Shown here: piece by piece, positions 29,824-37,625 of the stretch
Layout of the letters: the number at the start of each line of letters is the position of its first letter
Numbering within the stretch: position 1 is the first letter of the stretch
Source: a virus
Taxonomy: Duplodnaviria > Caudoviricetes
DNA length: 64,000 bases
IMG/VR virus record: IMGVR_UViG_3300028048_000081
Coordinates: 60,242 to 124,241 of that record
Strand: one strand, 5' to 3'
Made by a program: the position numbers and the translations under genes
Notes under the pieces: model-generated
The model's input: only the letters and a program-made list of their open reading frames with translations
The model's database searches: none
Told to the model about the DNA's origin: nothing

Positions 29824-31209
29824 ATGAAGAATAAAGAAGAGAAAGAAATAAAAGGACAGGACAATATATCCAGTAAGGCCTCTATACTTGGAACATTTGA
29901 GGGTGAATGCGCAGATGCAAGTATCACCAATAAGAATGGGCTAGATATTACAAAGGAAGTTTGGGATACTGTATTTGCTTCGGAAGAGTATAAGGATGCA
30001 ATTGAACTTGGTCATTATATAGGTTTCCTAGGCCATCCAGAAGATCCAAATTGCATGGATTTTGAGCATGCATGTATTGTAATGAAGGAAGGCCATATAG
30101 AAGATGACGGAAAAGTGTATGGAAAATTTGACCTTATAGATACTCCTGTAGGAAAAATTGTAAAATCATTTCAAGATGCTGGAGTTCAGTTTGGTATATC
30201 AGTAAGAGGGGCAGGAGATATAATAGATAATTCTGTTGACCCTGAAACATTTGTTTTCAGAGGATTTGATTTAGTTTCATTTCCTGCATATCCAGATGCA
30301 ATTCCTACGTTTTCAGAAGTAGCAGCTTCATCGGATGCAGAAACACAGAAGAAATATAAAACGATATGTGCTGCAGTTAAGAATAATCTGGAAAGTTTAA
30401 ATACTTGCGATGCTATTGATGTTATTCAGCCCCAATTTGCTAAGCAATCCGAAGAATATCAACTTCTGGAAGACAGAAGGAAAGAGCTTTCTGGATGTGA
30501 ATCGGAAGATACCGATGAAGATATAGATATAAGAGATGATCAGATACAAGGATTAACTACATTATATATGGATTCTGTATCAAAGATTAAGAATTTAGAG
30601 GAAGAGAATTCAGAGTTAAAATCTCAACTTTCTAGAAATAATGTATTGTCATCAAGAAGAATAAAAGCAATTGAAAGAATTGTAAGTAATCAAAAATTAG
30701 TATTTGATAGAACAGCAAAAGAAAAAATACTAGCAAACAAAAAGATTATGAAGGACAAGTTATATCAGGCGCAGGTAAAGACGAAAACTCTTCGTACTGC
30801 TAACCTTAAATATAAACAGAGGGTAGAGGCAGCAGATGATTCTATTCATCAAAAAGATGCGATAATTTCTAGTTTAAAGACAAAACTTTCAGAAACTGTC
30901 GAAAGTAATACATCTTTGAAACAGAAAACGTCTAACTTAGATGTCAAGGTCAAAAAACTTAAAGATGAAATCACCGCTTCTCAGAAATTGATCCAAGAGT
31001 ATCAGGATGCATATGGAAATATGTATGCAAATGCTTTAGGAGTTCACCTCGATAATGTAACTATCAATTCTTCAACTACTGTTTCAGAATTGAAAGAAAG
31101 CATTTCAAGTGCTGCATCCGAAAGACGTAAATCTTCTATTAATTCCACATCGGAAGATATAGCAGATACAGTTACACCGGATACAGAATCAGAAATTGTT
31201 ACATTATAA
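29824..31209 (+). CDS. Prohead maturation protease (T4 gp21-like) fused to a coiled-coil scaffold
   Basis: IGFLGHP, TPVGKIVK, FGISVRGAG and FDLVSFPA motifs; about 270-aa coiled-coil C-terminus; upstream of MCP. Confidence 0.9.
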   Translation: MKNKEEKEIKGQDNISSKASILGTFEGECADASITNKNGLDITKEVWDTVFASEEYKDAIELGHYIGFLGHPEDPNCMDFEHACIVMKEGHIEDDGKVYGKFDLIDTPVGKIVKSFQDAGVQFGISVRGAGDIIDNSVDPETFVFRGFDLVSFPAYPDAIPTFSEVAASSDAETQKKYKTICAAVKNNLESLNTCDAIDVIQPQFAKQSEEYQLLEDRRKELSGCESEDTDEDIDIRDDQIQGLTTLYMDSVSKIKNLEEENSELKSQLSRNNVLSSRRIKAIERIVSNQKLVFDRTAKEKILANKKIMKDKLYQAQVKTKTLRTANLKYKQRVEAADDSIHQKDAIISSLKTKLSETVESNTSLKQKTSNLDVKVKKLKDEITASQKLIQEYQDAYGNMYANALGVHLDNVTINSSTTVSELKESISSAASERRKSSINSTSEDIADTVTPDTESEIVTL

Positions 31210-31242
31210 TTGTTGTATAAATGTAAATAGGAGAGTAATAAC

Positions 31243-32697
31243 ATGATCAAGAAGACTTCTCGTAAAACGTCTGTTGGATCTGCTCGTAGAAGCGTAAAAG
31301 CTAGTTCGAGCATTACATCAGCCGTTAGAAACAGACGAGCTGTAACTGCTTCTAGAAATATGCAGAGTTTAACTCCGGAACAGAGGATGTTCGCTCGTCA
31401 GTTAACGAATAACATGCGTCGTAGCGGTGCTATTACAGCAGCAACAAATACAACTAACATTATGGCGAAGCCAGATTTTCTTGAGCTTCTTCCGATGTTC
31501 GTTCAGAAACTTCTGATTGCAGACGTATTTGGTTCTGTTGCAATGAAATCTCGTCAGCAGCTCATTCCGTATTTCAAGTTCATTGCTGAAAATACAAAGG
31601 GTGAGACTAACAGGGGAGATATTCTTTCTAGCCCGTTTGTAAATCGTCAAGGAATTGACGAAAACTTCACAGGAAGAGTTGTAAAGAATGAGATCGTGGG
31701 AGAGGGTCTTGCGATTGATCCTAAGAATCTTGCGCTCGTTTATACTCCGATTCTTCCGAATTCGGTTTCTGTTATCGGCGAGGGAGTTGAGTTCTCAATC
31801 GTAGACGATGGTAATGGAAATCTTGTAAATGCTGCTGATAATACGGCGGCAGGATTCATTGATTACAGCACAGGAAAAGTTACGATTACAGCTGCTGCTG
31901 CAGGTGCAAACAATGTAATCAGAGCTACTTATCAGTATGATAATGAAAACGTTGGTCCTAGATCAGAAGACCACGATGGTAACTTCGGTTATGATTATGG
32001 TGCTCAGATGGGCAAGGGTTATCTTCAGCTTGATGAAATTAACATCGTTGCTGAAGCACACCAGCTTGCTTGCTATTGGAGCATTTATTCCGCATTTGCT
32101 GCTCAGCAGGAATACGGTTCGAACATCGGCGATCTTGCGAAAGAGGCTGCTTTCTCAGAACTTACAGCAGAAATTAACACAGAGGGCTTCAAGGCTCTTA
32201 AGGCTGCTGCTCAGTTCCGTCCACAGTTTAACTGGGATGCTAGTCCGGTACTTTCGGGTTCGGTTGTACCTTCGGATTATCTGAACATGTTCAAACTTAA
32301 GCTGAATCAGGCTGCTGCTTCGATTTATCAGGCAACAAGACTTACTCAGCCGAACAGACTCGTAGTTGGTACTAATGTTGCTTCCTACATGAGCATGATC
32401 GAAGGTTTCCAGGCGGAAGCTTCGGAAGACAACGTAGGTCCGTACAAAGCAGGAAAACTTGATAGATTTGAAATCTACTGTGATCCTTCTTACAATCCGG
32501 ATGAATGGGTTATGTGCTGCAAGTCGAATGATATTAGACGTAACAGTGCACTCTTCGGGGAGTACATGCCACTTACTAATACAGATGCTGTTGGTCTTGC
32601 TAATTCTTCGGTTCAGCAGGGTTACGCAACAATGTATGGTATGAAGGTTGTCAATCCGGATACAGTCATTTCCGGAAAGATTCTTGGGACCTATTAA
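31243..32697 (+). CDS. Major capsid protein (T4 gp23-like, HK97 fold) with basic propeptide
   Basis: VAEAHQL...WS.....QQEYG....AEIN, PNRLVVG, FGEYMPL, ATMYGMKVVNP; strongly biased codon usage. Confidence 0.9.
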   Translation: MIKKTSRKTSVGSARRSVKASSSITSAVRNRRAVTASRNMQSLTPEQRMFARQLTNNMRRSGAITAATNTTNIMAKPDFLELLPMFVQKLLIADVFGSVAMKSRQQLIPYFKFIAENTKGETNRGDILSSPFVNRQGIDENFTGRVVKNEIVGEGLAIDPKNLALVYTPILPNSVSVIGEGVEFSIVDDGNGNLVNAADNTAAGFIDYSTGKVTITAAAAGANNVIRATYQYDNENVGPRSEDHDGNFGYDYGAQMGKGYLQLDEINIVAEAHQLACYWSIYSAFAAQQEYGSNIGDLAKEAAFSELTAEINTEGFKALKAAAQFRPQFNWDASPVLSGSVVPSDYLNMFKLKLNQAAASIYQATRLTQPNRLVVGTNVASYMSMIEGFQAEASEDNVGPYKAGKLDRFEIYCDPSYNPDEWVMCCKSNDIRRNSALFGEYMPLTNTDAVGLANSSVQQGYATMYGMKVVNPDTVISGKILGTY

Positions 32698-32761
32698 TAT
32701 CTAATAGATCAAGAATTTCAATAAACACTAATTAATAAGTTATTCATTTGGAGGTAGGAAA

Positions 32762-33178
32762 ATGAAAGTTAAGATCATATACAATGGTCCTACTGCTGAT
32801 ATCGTCCGTAATGGAATGGAAATTGCTAGAATTTTCTATCCGGAGAATTCTTATGTAGATAGCCCGGTTTTCACAAAGGGTTATCCTGTAGATGAGGATG
32901 AGAAAGAATATGGCAAATCCATCTATGCTACTAACGTAGACGGTTGGGGACATCTTCCTGGACTTCTTCCGATGGCCAACACGACAACGAAATTCGCACA
33001 GTTTGAAAGAGCTGTTGCAGAAGCTGCTGCTGCTAAAGCGGCCGGCGAAGATCCTAAGGGCATTGAATTTGAAGTTACAGGATACGAAGAGGAGATTTAT
33101 TGGGATCAGATGGGTAAGAACCTTGCTGATCAAGGATTTGAAGTTACCATTGAGGATAAGGAAGATCCGGAGAGTTAA
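32762..33178 (+). CDS. Probable abundant head protein (decoration-like)
   Basis: Follows MCP; same high-expression codon style; GGAGGT RBS. Confidence 0.5.
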   Translation: MKVKIIYNGPTADIVRNGMEIARIFYPENSYVDSPVFTKGYPVDEDEKEYGKSIYATNVDGWGHLPGLLPMANTTTKFAQFERAVAEAAAAKAAGEDPKGIEFEVTGYEEEIYWDQMGKNLADQGFEVTIEDKEDPES

Positions 33179-33231
33179 TCTCCTAATAAGTTAGCAGATA
33201 TTGTAAGAAATAACAAGGAGGGAAATCGAGT

Positions 33232-33942
33232 ATGAAAATGCAGGAGATAATAGATCAAATCACTTTCATGCTCGGTATCCCCGCTAACGAAAATGTAGAA
33301 GATATTCAACCTGAAAAAGCAGTACTTATTGCATTTCAAGAGTTGAAAAGATATATGAGAACACCTGTTGATAAAACGGTCCCGTTTTCTACTAGATTAG
33401 ATCTAAAGAAACTGGGAATTAAAACAAAAAGAGTGTTGGGTGTTCAAGCGGCATATCCTAGGATCGGTCTTACAATGAGTTCTATAGACAGCGGAAATGT
33501 ATTCCAAGTTGCTGCTGCAGTTAATACTTATAGCGCAATCGGTAATACATCTTCTATAAATATAGATCCTATAATGACTGAAATGGCTATGGCTCAAGTT
33601 AGAAATACATTATCTACTGACTTCCAATGGTCATTTGATGCAGCAAATGATGTTATCTATTGTACGCATCGAGACCCACGTCCATCTGTTGTAACTGTTC
33701 GGTATGTACCTGATTTTCAGGATGTTTCCGAAATAAAGAATAACACATGGATAAATTATCTTATCCGGTTGAGCGAAGCTAATTTGAAAAAAGCATTAGG
33801 ACGCTCACGGTCAAAATATAAAATAGAGGGTTCTAATGTATCTCTTGATGGTGATACTCTATTATCCGAAGCAAATGCGGAACTAGAAGCAATCCGGGAG
33901 GAATTAGAAGCTCATAAAGATAAGTTAGTTGTACTAAATTAA
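33232..33942 (+). CDS. Neck / head-tail adaptor protein (T4 gp13-like)
   Basis: WI......KKALGRSRSKY.....VSLDGDTLLSEA..E...L C-terminal motif. Confidence 0.75.
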   Translation: MKMQEIIDQITFMLGIPANENVEDIQPEKAVLIAFQELKRYMRTPVDKTVPFSTRLDLKKLGIKTKRVLGVQAAYPRIGLTMSSIDSGNVFQVAAAVNTYSAIGNTSSINIDPIMTEMAMAQVRNTLSTDFQWSFDAANDVIYCTHRDPRPSVVTVRYVPDFQDVSEIKNNTWINYLIRLSEANLKKALGRSRSKYKIEGSNVSLDGDTLLSEANAELEAIREELEAHKDKLVVLN

Positions 33943-33962
33943 TGCTAATAGGAGGATATGAT

Positions 33963-34286
33963 ATGTTCATTCAGAAACGTAAGATTACAGCCGGTGAAGA
34001 AGTTGAAGTTGCTCCCGAGGCGACAGATCTCCTGTTTGAGGCTGAAGATGTTGCTGAACTTGTTGCTGAAGTTACGGATGAAACCGTTACTGCTGAAACA
34101 ACTGAGGAAGGCGACGTAGAATTCACTGTTGGTGAGGATGATGTTTATACAGTTCAGCCGGAAGGCGATGAAGAAGTCCTTGAGGCTACTCATAAAAGCA
34201 TCAAAAATAAGAAGCCGGTAAAAGCTTCAACTAACAGAAAAAATAGAAAAAGAAATGTAGTTCGTAAGTTCCCGTCGAAGAGATAG
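33963..34286 (+). CDS. Acidic prohead core/internal protein with leader MFIQKRKITAG and basic tail
   Basis: AGGAGG RBS before ATG 33963; MCP-like codon usage; paralog of 29450. Confidence 0.65.
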   Translation: MFIQKRKITAGEEVEVAPEATDLLFEAEDVAELVAEVTDETVTAETTEEGDVEFTVGEDDVYTVQPEGDEEVLEATHKSIKNKKPVKASTNRKNRKRNVVRKFPSKR

Positions 34287-34297
34287 TGAACTTATAA

Positions 34298-34335
34298 GGC
34301 CTCTTCTAGGTTTGGATCACTTCCTAGAAGAGGCC
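34298..34335 (+). terminator. Strong hairpin after the head operon (terminator or processing site)
   Basis: 13-bp perfect stem GGCCTCTTCTAGG/CCTAGAAGAGGCC; no clear U tract. Confidence 0.55.
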
Positions 34336-34358
34336 ATAATTACTATAAGAGGATCATT

Positions 34359-35546
34359 ATGAAGATATCTAACACAAAAGTAGAAGCAGGATTATTATCT
34401 AAACTTGTTTCTGGAATTGGAAAAATGTTTGGAAATGCATTTGCGGATACACTCAAGGAACTTGGAAATGTAGAGGATGTAAAGACAAATAATCAAGGAG
34501 ATGTTGTTTTTACAAAATTTCCAGAAGATACTAGTCTGAAGCCTTATTTTGTAAAATTTAGCGATTTTGAAGATATTGGCAACGGAATGCTTCAGGGAAA
34601 ATTATCTATACAGGATCCTGGAGGAACTGTATATCCGAATGTGTGTAATGTTATAGAGAAAATTCCTGGATTAGTGGATCCTAAAGATGAAGGAACTGAT
34701 TCTGAGAATATGGGTCAGGATGAATCAGAGGGTTCGGAGGGTTCTGAGAATTCTGAGAATTCTGAGAATTCGGATGTTTCGGAATTAGATAAATCCGAAT
34801 TGAAGGATATTCTAAAGGAATCTGAAGCAGAAACAGTAAATGGAGATGAAATAAAAGAGGTCCTTTCAAAATTTGAAAATAATTATTTAACTCAATTTCC
34901 TGTTAATACAAGTGTAAAGGTAACACTGTCTAAAGTAACTGGATCTGAAAGTACCGATATATGTTTACAAAAAATATGTTGTGATACAGATCCTGTAGAA
35001 AATTGGAACAATTTCAATACCGCTTTGAATTCAGAAGAAGTATTGAATATGATTCCAGAAGATGGAGAAATATCTTTGGATATTTCTAATGATCCTTACA
35101 GTGATACAATATCAATAAGTGAAATATCTGAATTACCAGATCCTGATCCTGAAAATACGGGTCTTAAATGTATAATATCTGAATTAAATAATTTAACTAG
35201 TAATCTGCTAGTTGCATCCAGTATAACTTCTGATTTCGCTTCTGGCGGAAAATATAATATGTTATTCTATGATGCTCAATCTCAACTTCAGGAATTGGTT
35301 AACAAATATTATGTTGTATTTGGTAGTATCATTCCACTTAATACACTATCTTCTACAGGTATGCCAATATCAGATTATTCTGATGTAGATGCTGTTATTG
35401 AAGATAACATAAAGATATTAATAGATGATATACAATTAAGATATCCTACATTTACAGATATAACAATTCAAGACAGTTTAACAAGATGTTTAGATTCTTG
35501 GAGAACTAATCTCAAATTACAATTTGATAATTGTATTGGAGAATGA
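34359..35546 (+). CDS. Acidic hypothetical protein with leader MKISNTKVEAG followed by an amphipathic helix
   Basis: GAGG RBS; leader motif; SEN tripeptide repeat. Confidence 0.7.
   Translation: MKISNTKVEAGLLSKLVSGIGKMFGNAFADTLKELGNVEDVKTNNQGDVVFTKFPEDTSLKPYFVKFSDFEDIGNGMLQGKLSIQDPGGTVYPNVCNVIEKIPGLVDPKDEGTDSENMGQDESEGSEGSENSENSENSDVSELDKSELKDILKESEAETVNGDEIKEVLSKFENNYLTQFPVNTSVKVTLSKVTGSESTDICLQKICCDTDPVENWNNFNTALNSEEVLNMIPEDGEISLDISNDPYSDTISISEISELPDPDPENTGLKCIISELNNLTSNLLVASSITSDFASGGKYNMLFYDAQSQLQELVNKYYVVFGSIIPLNTLSSTGMPISDYSDVDAVIEDNIKILIDDIQLRYPTFTDITIQDSLTRCLDSWRTNLKLQFDNCIGE
34743..34772 (+). repeat. In-frame 9-nt tandem repeat (TCTGAGAAT)x3 encoding SEN
   Basis: Direct reading of the sequence. 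Confidence 0.85.
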
Positions 35547-35547
35547 T

Positions 35548-36354
35548 ATGGCAAAAGTAAAGTTTAACAGAGGATCTTCTTATAGTATTCCTAGTAATCT
35601 AACTGATGGGGAAATAAACTTTGCTACTAATACTGGGGAGTTGTCTATAGATACAACAACCGAAAGATTTACATATATTCCAGCAAATAAATCTGCGGGA
35701 TATCACAATTCTATATATAGAGGGGCATATCTAGGAGATACATTTGATCCGTCTATATTAGGAGATATTGATAATGGTGAATTTGGAAACATATATGTTG
35801 GAGATTATTGGGTAATTGACAATATAACGTACAGAGTTGTAGGATTTGACTACTATTCATTCTATGAAACTGTTTCAATTCCTCATCATATATTAGTTAT
35901 GTCCGACGATGTGTTAAGAACATCTCAGAATCAAGTAGATGAACAAGCACTTAATCCAGGTGTTGGAGGATATGTAGATTCCGATTTAGTAACGTATCTC
36001 GCCGAAGATATATCACCTATAATTGATAATAGATTTCCACAGTATGTTATTGGGTTAGAAAAAATATATACAGATACATTTAGCACAAGTGCAACAAATC
36101 TAATAGATATACCTGCTTTATCAGAATTAGGGTTACAAGAATATTCTGATGAAACAAAACCTATTAATTATTCTATTCCGTTTCCGATATTTCAACATTG
36201 CCCGAGATACATAACTGTAGATTCTGTAGAATATTGGACAAGAAGTTCTACAGGATCAAATTTATATGGCGGAATATCGTCTATCGGAGTAAGTAAACTT
36301 CCTACGGATTCTGCTAAAGGAGTTAGAATAGTATTTGCTTTAGGAGTAGAATAA
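35548..36354 (+). CDS. Fibre/receptor-binding-like protein (short N-terminal module + DUF6273-like C-terminal domain)
   Basis: VKFNRG...LTDGEINFATNTGEL N-terminus; IYVGDYW..YRVVGFDYY..GGYVDS..YWTRS..GVR. Confidence 0.55.
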   Translation: MAKVKFNRGSSYSIPSNLTDGEINFATNTGELSIDTTTERFTYIPANKSAGYHNSIYRGAYLGDTFDPSILGDIDNGEFGNIYVGDYWVIDNITYRVVGFDYYSFYETVSIPHHILVMSDDVLRTSQNQVDEQALNPGVGGYVDSDLVTYLAEDISPIIDNRFPQYVIGLEKIYTDTFSTSATNLIDIPALSELGLQEYSDETKPINYSIPFPIFQHCPRYITVDSVEYWTRSSTGSNLYGGISSIGVSKLPTDSAKGVRIVFALGVE

Positions 36355-36380
36355 CAAATTGGGAAGGAGTAGAATACAGT

Positions 36381-36794
36381 ATGAATTCGACAATAATTGA
36401 ATTAGCAGTAGCAGTACTTGTATCCATAGTAAGTAGTTCTGCAATATTTACATTCATACAGTTTCTCATAGATAGAAAAGATAAAAGAGAAAGCCGTTAT
36501 AAAGAATTAGAATCCAGTATACAATCAATCCGCCAAGATATAGTAAAACTTTCAGATAAGATGGAAGAGAACGATATACGTCAAGCACGTACTCGTATAT
36601 TGAGGGCTTCAGACGAAATACGTAGAGATGTTAAACACTCTCAAGAATTCTTTGATCAGCTGAATGAGGATATAACGGATTATGCAAACTACTGCGATAC
36701 ACATAAAGGATTCAAAAATAATAAAGCTGTAAACGCTATACAGAATATAAATAATGTATACAAAGACGCGCTTAAGAATAATAATTTTCTTTAA
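36381..36794 (+). CDS. Membrane-anchored protein (holin-associated family of Bacillota phages)
   Basis: N-terminal TM helix; RTRILR..DE...HSQEFF..YC..H..FKN. Confidence 0.6.
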   Translation: MNSTIIELAVAVLVSIVSSSAIFTFIQFLIDRKDKRESRYKELESSIQSIRQDIVKLSDKMEENDIRQARTRILRASDEIRRDVKHSQEFFDQLNEDITDYANYCDTHKGFKNNKAVNAIQNINNVYKDALKNNNFL

Positions 36795-36804
36795 GGAGTA
36801 AATC

Positions 36805-36954
36805 ATGTATAGGACAATATTAGTTGATAAATACGGAGATGAAGTTTGTGAATTAGAAGAAAAGAATGGATTCTATGTTATTCCAGAATCTGAAGAGATC
36901 TATTTTGCAGACGGTGATTCATTTACAGTAGAAACTGTATGGACAGAAGATTAA
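36805..36954 (+). CDS. Small acidic protein (49 aa; not in ORF track)
   Basis: TAAGGAG RBS; MYRTILVDKYGDEVC...WTED*. Confidence 0.6.
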   Translation: MYRTILVDKYGDEVCELEEKNGFYVIPESEEIYFADGDSFTVETVWTED

Positions 36955-36998
36955 TATATAGACAACAAATTTCCTAACAATCTTTCATTATTTATAGA

Positions 36999-37067
36999 TA
37001 AAATAGGCCTATTTTTATGCACCATATGTTCGGAGCTCCGAATATTTTTATTTTCGGGCCTATTTTA
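36999..37067. repeat. Nested palindromes / inverted repeats
   Basis: AAAATAGGCCTATTTT (37000-15), TTCGGAGCTCCGAA (37029-42), GGCCTATTTTA (37057-67). Confidence 0.75.
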
Positions 37068-37079
37068 TTATATTCATAC

Positions 37080-37108
37080 TTGACTTCTGATATATTATAT
37101 AATATAAT
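37080..37108 (+). promoter_or_regulatory. SigmaA-type (early) promoter TTGACT-N17-TATAAT
   Basis: Near-consensus hexamers with 17-nt spacer. Confidence 0.8.
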
Positions 37109-37131
37109 AAGTGTATAATCATATTTCTATA

Positions 37132-37146
37132 GAATCGTTAATTATA
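37132..37146 (+). promoter_or_regulatory. ATCGTTAAT-class motif (putative middle promoter)
   Basis: GAATCGTTAAT recurs at 44344 and 50723, with variants at 48055 and about 37583. Confidence 0.5.
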
Positions 37147-37174
37147 TCGATTCTTGAAAGGAAAGGAGCATATT

Positions 37175-37453
37175 ATGGAGTATAAGTATTTTGACAAAAA
37201 TGGAGAAAGGGTTTACGAAGGGGACTACGTAAGAGATTATCCTGACGGAGAACCTATGGAGTTATTTAAGTATGAATCCGAAGACGGAGAAGTAATCGGA
37301 TTAGGAACAGATGCAACAAATCCAATTTGGATCGAAGAAGGAAGAGCTGTTCCATGTGAGTACGGAATATATCCGATAGAAGATGGATCTAATATCAAGA
37401 ATGTAAATGATGAAGTTCATCTTCTGGATAAAGAATTATGTGGTAAGAACTAA
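37175..37453 (+). CDS. Hypothetical early protein
   Basis: AAAGGAG RBS before ATG 37175; DKNGERVYEGD is YopX-like. Confidence 0.7.
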   Translation: MEYKYFDKNGERVYEGDYVRDYPDGEPMELFKYESEDGEVIGLGTDATNPIWIEEGRAVPCEYGIYPIEDGSNIKNVNDEVHLLDKELCGKN

Positions 37454-37467
37454 ACAAACATTTTATG

Positions 37468-37514
37468 AAGGTCAAATTTCTAAATTGATTATTTTTTAGA
37501 AATTTGACCTTTTA
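37468..37514 (+). terminator. Rho-independent terminator
   Basis: 17-bp stem AAGGTCAAATTTCTAAA/TTTAGAAATTTGACCTT plus T tract. Confidence 0.75.
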
Positions 37515-37625
37515 TTTTAAGTTCTAACCAATTTTAATTAAACCAGTAATATAATCGTTCGGAAAAATTACTAAAAATGAATACACGTTAATTTAGGTAT
37601 CTAATGAAAGGAATCACCAAAAATA

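Noticed and set aside
35548-36354. Diversity-generating retroelement target
   Set aside because: The C-terminal fold is suggestive, but I saw no reverse transcriptase or template/variable repeat pair in this window; it cannot be excluded outside it
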